DNA from: an uncultured virus (IMG/VR IMGVR_UViG_2619619299_000002)
Taxonomy: Duplodnaviria > Heunggongvirae > Uroviricota > Caudoviricetes
Strand: one strand, 5' to 3'
DNA: 64,000 nt
IMG/VR virus record: IMGVR_UViG_2619619299_000002
The notes below the pieces were generated by a model that saw nothing but the letters and a program-made list of their open reading frames with translations, had not been told where the DNA came from and made no database searches. This document shows positions 1 to 9,527 of this stretch, piece by piece. How positions within the stretch are numbered: the first letter of the stretch is position 1; every line of letters begins with the position of its first letter. A program made the position numbers and the translations under genes.

Positions 1-1065
1 TCAACGAGTCGGCTTCACGATCTCGCCAACGCGCCTGTAGACCGTCTCCGTGATGCGCTTGTCCGTGTGGCCCAGGAGGCGGCTGGCATCGCCCAGGTCG
101 AGGATCTCGCTGGCGGCTTTCGGTCGGATGTCCCGGAATTGGAACTGGCGAATGCTCGCAGCGAGAATCCCGTCTCCTTTCTCGCGAGCTGTCGCAATCG
201 CCCGGTTCCTGGCATCGTCAAAGCGCAGCCGCAGCATCGGCTTGGTCACCTGCCGCCCATCCTCAGTGACAATCAGGTACGGGCTCCGCACGCCGCGGGA
301 ACGCCTCTGCTCTATCAACCGCTCCACCAGTGCGCCTAAGTCATTCAAAACTCCGGCGGCAGTCAGGCGGATTCGTAGCTTTTTGGAAGTCTTGCCCTGG
401 GCAACCTGCAGGAACTCGTTAACCGCGTCTGCTTCCCGCATCGAAAGTACGTCCGCCGGGCGCTGGCCAGTCAAATAAGCCAGGTCCATGGCGTCGCGCA
501 ACTCCGAGGTCGCGACCGCATACACGGCGCTCCAGATTTCCTCGGTTGCGTAAAAGTCCCGCGGCACTTCCTTGTTCTTTCGCACGCCGGCGGCCGGGTT
601 GCTCTCGGTGATCCCCCACTCGCGTGCGATGTTATAGATGTGTGAAAGCAGGGAGATCTCCCGGTTGGCTCTCACCTTGGCGCTCCGTCTATCCCGATAT
701 TGGGCTATGACCTGCGGCGTCACGGCATCAATAGGGGCGTCGGTGAACGCTTTGCGTAGTTGCTTCAGGCTCAGCAGGTTGTCGCTCTGCGTCTTTGGCG
801 CCTTTCCCGGGATGACCTCCCGCTCGTACCGATCAAACACCTGGCCCAGCAGGGCGTTCTTCTTCGGTACTGGCTTGCAGTCGAGCTTTGCCCATTCAGC
901 CTTGGCGATATCCAAGTCACCCCCGAGCGGGATTTCTATCCGCTTCCCGTCTTCGTTCCTCCCGTCGTAGTAGTACCCAACCCACTCTTTGCCGCCTTTC
1001 AGCGTGCGTACACGCCGAATCATTCGCGGCGGCAGATCCCTATTTGCCGCCTTTTTGGCTCGCAT
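1..1065 (-). CDS. int: Tyrosine recombinase / phage integrase
   Basis: 354 aa; TGQRPADV, FRDIRPKAAS and LLGH...TETVY catalytic motifs. Confidence 0.95.
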   Translation of the reverse strand: MRAKKAANRDLPPRMIRRVRTLKGGKEWVGYYYDGRNEDGKRIEIPLGGDLDIAKAEWAKLDCKPVPKKNALLGQVFDRYEREVIPGKAPKTQSDNLLSLKQLRKAFTDAPIDAVTPQVIAQYRDRRSAKVRANREISLLSHIYNIAREWGITESNPAAGVRKNKEVPRDFYATEEIWSAVYAVATSELRDAMDLAYLTGQRPADVLSMREADAVNEFLQVAQGKTSKKLRIRLTAAGVLNDLGALVERLIEQRRSRGVRSPYLIVTEDGRQVTKPMLRLRFDDARNRAIATAREKGDGILAASIRQFQFRDIRPKAASEILDLGDASRLLGHTDKRITETVYRRVGEIVKPTR

Positions 1066-1069
1066 CTCT

Positions 1070-1315
1070 TCATCCTACCTTTGACAAATCCAGCGACCAG
1101 GCCTCGGCCGCAACGTTTTCCGCAGAAGGCTTTACGCCTGCCAGCTTCATTCGGGCGTAGACGCGGCCGACCACAGGCCGACGAGCCCTGGTCAGCACGT
1201 ACTTCCAGCCGTTTCGGCTCAGCCACGCTATCTGGCCTGACGGAATCACGTATCCGGTGATCGCCGCCAGCTCTTCCTCGGCAAGCGTTTCGCTTTGCAT
1301 CTCCATGCTATGCAC
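1070..1315 (-). CDS. Probable excisionase-like protein (DUF4224-like)
   Basis: Small ORF directly upstream of int; LAEEELAAITGY and RPVVGRVY pattern; start may be a later Met. Confidence 0.7.
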   Translation of the reverse strand: MHSMEMQSETLAEEELAAITGYVIPSGQIAWLSRNGWKYVLTRARRPVVGRVYARMKLAGVKPSAENVAAEAWSLDLSKVG

Positions 1316-1317
1316 CT

Positions 1318-1548
1318 CTATACGTCAGGTTTGTCGAGAGAGCCGGCGGGCCGCGCTGTCTTGATGATGTGGATGACCAGGCCGAAGGTGATCAGCATCC
1401 AGGCGCAGGTGCCGGCGAATGCGTACAGGAGGTCAGATATCTCTCCGTCCATGACCAGTCCGGGGCCGATCCAGAAGATCCAGCAACCGGTGCCGGCCAG
1501 GTACAGCAAAGCGCCCAGCAGGATCAGGGTGAGTTTCGTTGCGAACAT
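1318..1548 (-). CDS. Small two-TM membrane protein
   Basis: 76 aa with two hydrophobic segments; GAGGA SD upstream. Confidence 0.7.
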   Translation of the reverse strand: MFATKLTLILLGALLYLAGTGCWIFWIGPGLVMDGEISDLLYAFAGTCAWMLITFGLVIHIIKTARPAGSLDKPDV

Positions 1549-1591
1549 GGGGTGTCCTCGCCGCGCTGGGCGGCAGAAGGTGGTTAGTGAT

Positions 1592-1984
1592 TTATCGAGG
1601 CGCAGACCACTTGAAGGTCAATGGTTCTGGCGGAAAGAACAGGTGCCGCATGTTCGCGACATTCACGATGTCCTGATCTGCAGGGAAAACCTCAACGGCA
1701 TCCAGGCCTCCACGCCCGCACTCGCGCTTTAGGCGCATCAGCTCATCCCATGTGACTTGGTCAACCCACCTATCCCCGTTGTGGACGGACCGGCAGATGC
1801 TCATTCGTTGGTAGCCTGATGGCTCTGTGTATATCTGGACGAGAAAGCCGCGCGATCGCCAAACTTCAACCAGGTCTGGCGGCTTTAAGCGTGGCCACTC
1901 ATCCGGTGGAACTCGCTGGAGATATGGCGGCAGCTTGGCGTTTTGCTTTTCGAGCAGGCGCCGTTGATTTCTATCCGTGTTCAT
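1592..1984 (-). CDS. Hypothetical phage protein
   Basis: MNTDRNQ start; TWDELMRLKRECG and VEVFPADQDIVNVANMRHL motifs typical of a common phage family. Confidence 0.7.
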   Translation of the reverse strand: MNTDRNQRRLLEKQNAKLPPYLQRVPPDEWPRLKPPDLVEVWRSRGFLVQIYTEPSGYQRMSICRSVHNGDRWVDQVTWDELMRLKRECGRGGLDAVEVFPADQDIVNVANMRHLFFPPEPLTFKWSAPR

Positions 1985-2038
1985 GGCGATAGCTATCCTC
2001 GCCCGCCGCTCACCGGCAGGCATGTAGGGGGATTGGGG

Positions 2039-3133
2039 TTAGGCTGCTGGGTGTTGCACTGTGTCGCGGAAGACATCCATCTGCGCCGCACCGTCGAGCC
2101 AGGCGGCTGCGATCCGGCGTTCAGCCATTGCGGCGTATTCCGGGTTGAGTTCACACAGTATCGATTTGCGGCCTTCCTGCATGGCGACCACCGCCGTAGT
2201 GCCGGCACCGCCGAAAGGGTCAAGCACGACGCCGCCGAGTGGCGCGCCAGCCAGGATGCAAGGTCTGATCAGGTCCGGAGGGAAGGTCGCGAAGTGCGCG
2301 CCCTTGAAACCTTGCGTCGGCACCGTCCACACACTGCGCTTGTTACGAGTGTCCAAGGGCCAGGCACTTTCCTCTCGATCTGGCCGGTGTGTTCCCAGTG
2401 ACTGCCCAGGGATAGGTTGCTCTCGCTTTGAATCATCGCGCTTGAAACTATCCCGCTTGCTGCGCACAGCTTTCATCGGGCCGTTTGACTTTCCGGGGAC
2501 TCGATCACTGCCGCGCTGTTGCTCGAGATCCTGAGCCATTCGTGTGATCGAACTGAGCGCTACAGGCTCCTTGATCGCATCTTGGTCATAGTAGTAGCGT
2601 GGCGACTTGCTCAGCAGGAACAGGTACTCGTGCGACTTTGTGCACCGGTCCCTGGTGGATTCAGGCATTGGATTCGGCTTGTGCCAAATGATGTCCTGGC
2701 GCAGGTACCAGCCATCATCTTGAAGGGCGAAGGCGAGGCGCCAGGGGATGCCCATCAAGTCTTTCTGCTTGAGCCCTATCGGCGGTGATCGTCGCTTGCC
2801 ACGCAGCACCGCTCCACGCGTCGCCTGAGAAACCATGTCGTGCTTACCTGCTGATCCACCAGGCGCGTATCCGCCCGCGATTGATGCGTAGGTGTCGCCC
2901 ATGTTCACCCAAACAGTACCGTCATTACGCAGCACTCGGCGCACCTCGCGGAACACTTCTACCAGGCGCGCGATAAATTCAGCGGGTGTTTCCTCCAGGC
3001 CGATCTGGCCGGTCATGCCGTAGTCCCGCAGCCCGTAGTAGGGCGGTGACGTGACACAGGTGTTTACCGACTGATCCTGCAGCGTCCGCATCGACTCAAT
3101 GCAGTCGCCGATCAAAACGCGATGCTGTTTCAT
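2039..3133 (-). CDS. Beta-class N4-cytosine/N6-adenine DNA methyltransferase
   Basis: TSPPY catalytic motif near the N-terminus and VLDPFGGAGTT SAM motif near the C-terminus. Confidence 0.92.
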   Translation of the reverse strand: MKQHRVLIGDCIESMRTLQDQSVNTCVTSPPYYGLRDYGMTGQIGLEETPAEFIARLVEVFREVRRVLRNDGTVWVNMGDTYASIAGGYAPGGSAGKHDMVSQATRGAVLRGKRRSPPIGLKQKDLMGIPWRLAFALQDDGWYLRQDIIWHKPNPMPESTRDRCTKSHEYLFLLSKSPRYYYDQDAIKEPVALSSITRMAQDLEQQRGSDRVPGKSNGPMKAVRSKRDSFKRDDSKREQPIPGQSLGTHRPDREESAWPLDTRNKRSVWTVPTQGFKGAHFATFPPDLIRPCILAGAPLGGVVLDPFGGAGTTAVVAMQEGRKSILCELNPEYAAMAERRIAAAWLDGAAQMDVFRDTVQHPAA

Positions 3134-3186
3134 GGCCTCGGCCCCTTGTAGATGAACACGTAGGCGAACCAGAGGGTGGCGATCAT
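3130..3186 (-). CDS. 18-aa hydrophobic peptide MIATLWFAYVFIYKGPRP
   Basis: ATGA overlaps with both the upstream stop and the methylase start. Confidence 0.45.
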   Translation of the reverse strand: MIATLWFAYVFIYKGPRP

Positions 3187-3402
3187 GGCGTCACCCGCTT
3201 GAACTCGACCACCCAGACCCATGGGTTGGCTTCCCAATCACCGCCGACGGATGACCAAAGCAGCTCGAAAGACTTTCGAGGGTCGGCGCTGTAGGTCTCG
3301 ATTCCCTCAACGTGCCACCAGTCACCGAGCTCGGCATGATCGGTGTAGAGCCGGACGCCCTCGGCCTTGGCCTGATCCTCGGTGATGTCCTGCAACCGCT
3401 CC
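3183..3402 (-). CDS. C-terminal part of a hypothetical phage protein (5' end lost in the gap)
   Basis: RLQDITEDQAKAEG and WEANPWVWVVEF motifs; ORF runs into the N gap. Confidence 0.75.
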
Positions 3403-3427
3403 NNNNNNNNNNNNNNNNNNNNNNNNN
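3403..3427. other. Assembly gap (25 N)
   Basis: Run of n characters. Confidence 1.
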
Positions 3428-3751
3428 AAAGCGGCGCGGAGAATCCAGTACATTTTTTTCATGCGAGTTCGTCCTTGCCGCTATAGCGGCTGACTTTGAA
3501 GGGGGAAGGGGGTTATTTGAAATCGACCCTAGACGAGATCGATAGCTGTGCTAAAAATGATGTGTCGCGCATGTATTTCAGATATGTGTTGTTGAAACGC
3601 ATAGCCGGCTGACGCTCTATATCGTCGTTAGGGCGCGCCCTTTAGATGTGGGCAATGATCGGTAGGTCGTTGCATTTAGCCGCGAGTTAAACAACTCCCT
3701 TCCTCTGGGCTACTAACTCAAAGCCTTGGCCTTCCGGTCATTTATTTCGAT

Positions 3752-4435
3752 TTATCCTGCTGCCTCCCTTGTTACCAGATCATGGGTATTCACAGCTGTC
3801 ATACAGGCCTGCTGTTCCTGGCGCAGCGCCTGCTGTACTGCCTCGACAACCCGACGCAGGTATGTGAACTTGTGGTTTTCTTCGACAGCCTTGCCGTCGA
3901 GCGGGTAGTGCCATTCCTCACCGAATAGCTCGGTCAACAATCTGCTCTGGTGCCAGCATTCGTTCGGGCTCTCGATACTGCGCAATGAGTCGATGTCGTG
4001 CCAAAGCTCGCGGGCCTCGCTCTTGCTCAGCTCGCCCAGCTCCCATTCGTGGCGCCCGGTCTGTTGCCGGCGGCGCTGGACGATGCACTTCTTGGCCAGG
4101 GTGTGCAGCGCCTCTCCGCTGAACACGGTTGAGCTGATCCCGCGATCCAGGCAATTCAGCACATAGTCCCAACCGCAGTTCGTGACGAACTCGGCGACGG
4201 TGCGCGGGCCCATACCACCCCAGTACGCATTCCAACTGTTGTCCCAGCAGTTGATGGTGATCTTGCCTTGGGCGGTTTGGTAATTCGGGTCGGATTCGGT
4301 CGGGCAGTCGCGCCGGCCGAAGTCCTCGAGGAAGACGGTGATCGGGTCCAGCCGTGGCGCGCCGGTGATGACCAGCTTCGTGACTGTCGAGCGCTCTACC
4401 TGGAGAGGCGCTGCAACTTGGTTCTGAGTGGTCAT
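3752..4435 (-). CDS. Hypothetical phage protein
   Basis: 227 aa; start overlaps the upstream stop. Confidence 0.8.
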   Translation of the reverse strand: MTTQNQVAAPLQVERSTVTKLVITGAPRLDPITVFLEDFGRRDCPTESDPNYQTAQGKITINCWDNSWNAYWGGMGPRTVAEFVTNCGWDYVLNCLDRGISSTVFSGEALHTLAKKCIVQRRRQQTGRHEWELGELSKSEARELWHDIDSLRSIESPNECWHQSRLLTELFGEEWHYPLDGKAVEENHKFTYLRRVVEAVQQALRQEQQACMTAVNTHDLVTREAAG

Positions 4436-5016
4436 GCTGCCTCCTTCGGCGTGTAGGTCAGCGTTCCGCCGAGGATCGCATCCTTAATGGCGTTGAACTC
4501 CCAGGCGTAGTACTGGGATTCGACGTATACGCGCATGCCTTTGCGGTAGTCGTGCCTCTTGCGACGGATGAATGCCTCGGCGGCGTCCTTGGTGAAGTGC
4601 GCGCTGATGTATTCCCAGTTCTCACACCATCCGGTGACGACGTACCCCTCAATCTCGCCAAGGACATGCCACTGATCCGACTCGTCCGCCTTCATGAACT
4701 GGCAGCCCGACCAGGCCTGCATTGCCTTGTTCAGCTCCGCTCGGTCCTCTTCGTCCTGGTCTACCCAGTATTCCTTTGGCGAAAACCATTCACTGTCATT
4801 GCAGTGATCGAGTAGCACACGGTTGTCGCTGTAGTCGGTGTCTATCCTGTAGACGATTCGTCTGGCCTGGACGATGAAGATCGCTGCAGAGGTGCAGTGA
4901 TCATGAACGCCAGCACCAACGCAGTCATGGCGAAGGCGGGTTACGAAGTCAGCCCAGGTTGCGGGGGTGAGATCGTGACCGGTGGCCAGGCTCGGCAGTT
5001 TGTTTTCTGTAGGCAT
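4432..5016 (-). CDS. Hypothetical phage protein (Ead/Ea22-like C-terminus)
   Basis: MPTENK start after an AAGGA SD; AHFTKDAAEAFIRRKRHDY motif. Confidence 0.75.
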   Translation of the reverse strand: MPTENKLPSLATGHDLTPATWADFVTRLRHDCVGAGVHDHCTSAAIFIVQARRIVYRIDTDYSDNRVLLDHCNDSEWFSPKEYWVDQDEEDRAELNKAMQAWSGCQFMKADESDQWHVLGEIEGYVVTGWCENWEYISAHFTKDAAEAFIRRKRHDYRKGMRVYVESQYYAWEFNAIKDAILGGTLTYTPKEAA

Positions 5017-5060
5017 GGGGAGTCCTTGCCGGGCCATGCCCGGGCGGTGGAGTGGGGGAG

Positions 5061-7106
5061 TTATGCGGCGCGTGCTTGGCGTTCTTCGGCGCGCCACGGG
5101 TCGTTGGCCCGTGCAATCGCCGCCATCGGTGGCGGGCTGACGCTGTTGCCGCACATGTGCACCTGCTGAGTCTTGGTGAACGGCTTGCCGTCGGCTCCGT
5201 GGCTGATGATGTAGTCGGCGGGGAAGCCCTGGGCCTTGTACAGCTCGGACGGCTTCAGCATCCGCAAGCAGATGTCGACGATTACGTAGGGCGTGCCCTG
5301 GACCATTACGGTGACCATGGCCAGGCGGTCCTTGGTGGTGATGGTTGGTGCTGGCGAGTCACAAGCGCTGGTGTTCTCGGTGCCGTAGTAGCTGATCAGG
5401 AAGGCGGCGACGCGAAGGGCGCCAGCTTCATGCTCTGGCGACAGCGTGAGCGACACCAGTGAACTTTTGCCGCCGCCGCCGGCAGTAATGGTCGGCGCCG
5501 GATCTTCCAGGCCCTGGCCCACGCTGCCACCGAATGCCCGCTCCATGAATGCGCTGACCAGCCCGTGGTGCTGGCCGCCGGCGCTGACGGTGTGTAGCGG
5601 GTCATTGACGTCCCGTGCATCACAATTTCCCCGCAAGTGCACCAGGTTCGCCGCCACCAGTTGCTGCTGGCTGCCGGTGTTGGTCACCGTAGTCATTGGG
5701 TCTTCGATGCTCTTGGCGTCGGTGGTGTTGAAGCCGCCATTCATCTGGGCCATGAACACCGTGGAGATGCCCATGGCGTGAGCGGCACCGGCCGGGCGCT
5801 GATAGTTACCGCCGCTGGTTATGGTCGGCAGTGGTTCGTCCAGCGCCTTGCCCGCGTCGTTGAATCGAAACTTCACCAGGTGAGCTGCTGCGATCGCGCG
5901 GTGGCTGCGAGTCATGAGCGTGCCGATCGGCTGGTCTGCTGATACCGGGTGCCCGGCGTACACCGGGCCGCCCGCACCGACCATGACCGGACTGATCAGC
6001 GTCAGTTCGCCGCGATTCGCGCATGTCACCGTGGGCAAAGGCTCGAGCGGGTCGTTAATCCTGTCGCTGTCCTGATGCGTTGCCGGTGCGATCACCGGGC
6101 TGACCACCGAGAAGGCGCCGCCTTTCGGGTAGGAGGTGATGGTGCGCAGCGGCTCGCCGGCCGACTGCACTGCCTCTCCCGACCAGTTAGCGATCGGCAC
6201 AATGAACGGGGCCGCGCTGTCGATAACGAACTTCTTCATGCCCTTGGCTACGCGGCGCAGGGTGGCCGGGGCTAGGTCTTTCTTGCGGCCGAAGATGCTT
6301 TTGCCCAGGTCGGTGAAGTCGATGCAGTCAGCAGCGGTTTTCCACTTCTGCTGGCCCTTGACCGGGTTTTTCGCGTGGGTTGGCTCCGGCCACACGATCG
6401 GCTGCCCATCGCACCGGGCAATCATGAACAGGCGTTCCCGGCTGGTCGGCGCGCCGAAGTCGCAGGCTTTGATCACCTTCCACTCAACGACATAGCCCAT
6501 GCCTACCAGCAAGGCCACAAAGCGGCGCCAGGTGCGGCCGCGCTGCTTTGGGTCTGGAATCAGGAACTGCTGGCCCACCGGTACAACCTCGCCAGGTGCG
6601 GCAACATCGCCGCCGAGTTTGACCACGCGGCCGGTGGCCTTGTCGCGCTTGGCGATCAACCGGCCCCATTGCAGGATCTGCTTCACGTTCTCCAGGCTGA
6701 TCACCCGGGGCCGCTTCTTTCCTCCCCACTTGAGGCCGATCCACGAAAGGTTGCGGATCTCGCGTTTGCGCGGCTGGCCGCCGGCCGCCTGGCTGTGGTG
6801 CGTACAGTCCGGCGACATGTGGAACCATCCAACGGCCTTGCCGCCACATTCGGTGTCAGGATCACCTTCGAACACGTCGGTGGTGAAGTGGCGGGCACCC
6901 GGGTGGTTGACGGTGTGCATGCTGATCGCTTGCGGGCTGTGGTTCTTCGCGACGTTCACCGCGCGGCCCAGGCCAATTTCCAAGCCGGTACCTGCACCGC
7001 CCCCGCCACAGAAGAAGTCGACAACGATCTCATCATCCTGAGGGTTGAAGCCGAGTCCGTATTGGGTTTTGAAATCGAAGGGGTGTTTCTTCTGTTGTGT
7101 GTACAT
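5061..7106 (-). CDS. C5-cytosine DNA methyltransferase
   Basis: FCGGGG motif I, SPDC catalytic motif, ENV motif VI, R-x-R motif VIII, GNSV motif X; long repetitive variable region. Confidence 0.92.
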   Translation of the reverse strand: MYTQQKKHPFDFKTQYGLGFNPQDDEIVVDFFCGGGGAGTGLEIGLGRAVNVAKNHSPQAISMHTVNHPGARHFTTDVFEGDPDTECGGKAVGWFHMSPDCTHHSQAAGGQPRKREIRNLSWIGLKWGGKKRPRVISLENVKQILQWGRLIAKRDKATGRVVKLGGDVAAPGEVVPVGQQFLIPDPKQRGRTWRRFVALLVGMGYVVEWKVIKACDFGAPTSRERLFMIARCDGQPIVWPEPTHAKNPVKGQQKWKTAADCIDFTDLGKSIFGRKKDLAPATLRRVAKGMKKFVIDSAAPFIVPIANWSGEAVQSAGEPLRTITSYPKGGAFSVVSPVIAPATHQDSDRINDPLEPLPTVTCANRGELTLISPVMVGAGGPVYAGHPVSADQPIGTLMTRSHRAIAAAHLVKFRFNDAGKALDEPLPTITSGGNYQRPAGAAHAMGISTVFMAQMNGGFNTTDAKSIEDPMTTVTNTGSQQQLVAANLVHLRGNCDARDVNDPLHTVSAGGQHHGLVSAFMERAFGGSVGQGLEDPAPTITAGGGGKSSLVSLTLSPEHEAGALRVAAFLISYYGTENTSACDSPAPTITTKDRLAMVTVMVQGTPYVIVDICLRMLKPSELYKAQGFPADYIISHGADGKPFTKTQQVHMCGNSVSPPPMAAIARANDPWRAEERQARAA

Positions 7107-7159
7107 AAGGGATCCTCGCCTGTGGCGTGATTCATGAGGGATTCAGGAGGGGGGGGCGT

Positions 7160-7529
7160 CTAAAGCGAAACTTCGCCGATATCGATCTTGCGAAGCTCCA
7201 TCACCTCAATGCGGTTGGTGCCGTCGGTGATCACCCAGCAAGGCAGCTCAAGGTTGCGGAAGGTGCCGTGGTAGTTCCGGTAAGCTCCAAGGGCCGCCTT
7301 CCGGAAACAGTCCGCGACGACTTTGCCAATAGGCATTGGCTGCCCCCCCCCCTAGCAGACAGAGCTCGAACACAGCAGCGTTTTGAATGCGCTTTGCCGC
7401 CGCACGGATCGTGTTCGGTGCCAGCTGGAATTCCTTGGCAACCTCCACGACGTGCTTATAGACCAAGGCGTCGTGGATTCGCTGATCGCGCTCGCCGTTG
7501 CGCAGGCCAGCGTAGATGACTGCTTGCAT
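7160..7529 (-). pseudogene. Hypothetical protein frameshifted at a G10 tract
   Basis: MQAVIYAG...LLGGG; removing one G from 7343-7352 restores QPMPIGKVV...IGEVSL and a stop at 7160. Confidence 0.6.
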
Positions 7530-7623
7530 GGTTTGTCTCCAAGCGTGCGCCTGCCTCGCCGGCTGGCGTGATTGTTTGATAAAAGTGATAATCTTTTCGA
7601 GTCGGTTATCAGGGAGATTGGCA

Positions 7624-7818
7624 ATGGCCAGTAGAAAGCTTGAAGCGTTCCGCGAGTGGTTCACGCCGCGTAAGCGGCTATGGACAGGCATAGGGCTGTT
7701 TGCAATTGCTATTGCCGTGCCATTTTTCAGTCCAGGAACGACCACCGCTTGGCTCATAGGGCCTGCGACTATCTTTTTCTTGGGTAGCTTTATTCCCGAT
7801 ACGAACGCAAAGCGATAG
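7624..7818 (+). CDS. Small two-TM membrane protein, antisense moron
   Basis: MASRKLEAFREWFTP, 64 aa; homolog at 61285-61485. Confidence 0.7.
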   Translation: MASRKLEAFREWFTPRKRLWTGIGLFAIAIAVPFFSPGTTTAWLIGPATIFFLGSFIPDTNAKR

Positions 7819-7880
7819 GGCCAGGCGGCTGGCGTGATTCGTTGATATGGGGTATTACGGGTGTCAGGCATGGAGCCTGA

Positions 7881-8483
7881 TCAAGCGGTGAGGCGTTCGC
7901 CAATCACGGTGGTGGTGAACTGAATGGTGTACTCGGTGACCATCTCGAAAGCACCGCCACAGGTATCGCAGGTCATGTTCTTGTCGCCGTAGTCTTCCGA
8001 CTCAACGTGAATGACAGTGGCGCAATGCGGGCATTTGCATTCGTCCTGGCTGCGATAATCCCACTCGTCGTATTCGCTCTCGGCTACCTTGGCTAGCGCC
8101 GCGGCTTTCGCAACGGCGTCTTCTGCGTCCTGGCAAGGTTTGCAGGTGAAGCCGTCAGGATGGCCCCACGGTGTTTCCGTGAGCTTCGAGCGGTGAGTGC
8201 TGCACAGGCGGCAAACGTTGTGCTTGTCGCACACCGAGTAGCTGTACTTCTCACCTGTTCCGTTGCATTTAGCGCAGCCGGATACCCAGTACCAAGCACC
8301 ATCGATACGCTCGGCGTACAGGCCGTTTTCCGGGGGCCGCAGGCTGACTTCAGGTAGGTCAGTAGTGGTACGGTGAAATCGGTGATGATCCGCCCCGTTC
8401 CACACGTTGAGGCTGCCGTTACGCTGGCGCTGGGTCCACTCACCCGGGATCTCCGTGATCAGGATCTTGGTGTTTTTGTCCAT
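7881..8483 (-). CDS. Cys-rich multi zinc-finger phage protein
   Basis: Several CxxC pairs (CAKC, CRLC, CKPC, CPHC, CDTC); GGAG SD. Confidence 0.75.
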   Translation of the reverse strand: MDKNTKILITEIPGEWTQRQRNGSLNVWNGADHHRFHRTTTDLPEVSLRPPENGLYAERIDGAWYWVSGCAKCNGTGEKYSYSVCDKHNVCRLCSTHRSKLTETPWGHPDGFTCKPCQDAEDAVAKAAALAKVAESEYDEWDYRSQDECKCPHCATVIHVESEDYGDKNMTCDTCGGAFEMVTEYTIQFTTTVIGERLTA

Positions 8484-8604
8484 GGATTATCTCCAGTCAG
8501 GCGCCGCCCTCCGTAACCGGTGGTGGCAATTTGGTTGTGGTTGGGGTATCTCTCTTCGACGAAGGAGTACGTCTCGTGCGCCCCACTCGAAAAGGAGTAA
8601 GGAT

Positions 8605-9162
8605 ATGGCTGGATCAGTGTGGGAGGCGCTCTCAGCTATTGGCACGTTGGCAGCAGTAGCTGTTGCCTTGTGGTTTTCCGTTCAATCAATGAGAGCAAGT
8701 AGCCGGATTGAAACCGATCGAGCTCAGTTGGTGGCCGCCAAGATGCTGAGTCCAATCTCAGCTCTTGAGCGAAAGGTGTCTTATCTTTTTACTTGGTTTG
8801 CCTTCAATAATGAAAACCCTCCTGATCAATACCTAAGCGTTTTGCTTGGTATTCAGGAACTCGACGTGATGGCCAAGGCCATTTCCATAGAGGACCTGTA
8901 TCCTCTACTTCATTTGGACAATCACGCAGCAAAACGAGCAGCAATGGCGTTAGGTCTGATTCAGACGTTTACTAGTGACGCTAACGCGATGCTTTCGCAT
9001 CACTCTTGGAGCATTGTCGAGGGGCGTGAGATTCATCGCAAGAGATGGATTGTGATGCTCTCTGAGATTCAAGATCACCTGATTGTCGCGGTAAAAGCTT
9101 GCGATTTGGCTGCCGTGACGGGAGCACCCAGACCTACATCAGAAGAAATTCACGGGGAATAG
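8605..9162 (+). CDS. N-terminally membrane-anchored hypothetical protein (moron)
   Basis: AAGGA SD; WEALSAIGTLAAVAVALW helix; visibly lower GC. Confidence 0.75.
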   Translation: MAGSVWEALSAIGTLAAVAVALWFSVQSMRASSRIETDRAQLVAAKMLSPISALERKVSYLFTWFAFNNENPPDQYLSVLLGIQELDVMAKAISIEDLYPLLHLDNHAAKRAAMALGLIQTFTSDANAMLSHHSWSIVEGREIHRKRWIVMLSEIQDHLIVAVKACDLAAVTGAPRPTSEEIHGE

Positions 9163-9259
9163 CTGTCCATCTTCCGTTACAGGATGCAGCGAGTAGGGTG
9201 GAAATTGGTTTAGGAATAAGATATTTGTTCGCTTTCGATATCGCGAGTCAGGACCGCAT

Positions 9260-9505
9260 ATGAATCAAGGACAGAAAAACTATCTCACCGGAACTTTGGA
9301 TTTAATCAGCCAAGTCTGTTTTTTATTAGTCTCATGCCTGGTGATTTGGTGGGTGATCAGCGGCTGGCTGGAAGGTCGAAAAATTCATACCGGCTACGCC
9401 ATTGATGGGGCGTCTTTAATTTTCTTTTCGGTTATCCCGCTTTTTGTTGGAGTAGTGCTGAAATGGATTTCTGGCTTTATTAAAGCCGGCCACAAATCAC
9501 AGTAG
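9260..9505 (+). CDS. Small two-TM membrane protein (moron)
   Basis: 81 aa with two hydrophobic segments; AT-rich. Confidence 0.65.
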   Translation: MNQGQKNYLTGTLDLISQVCFLLVSCLVIWWVISGWLEGRKIHTGYAIDGASLIFFSVIPLFVGVVLKWISGFIKAGHKSQ

Positions 9506-9527
9506 TCGGGATCCGCGACCCACAAAG

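Noticed and set aside
3510..3750. AT-richer segment as a possible moron gene
   Set aside because: Only very short ORFs on either strand; probably a decayed insert
2039..7106. Restriction-modification system
   Set aside because: No endonuclease or specificity subunit recognisable next to either methylase
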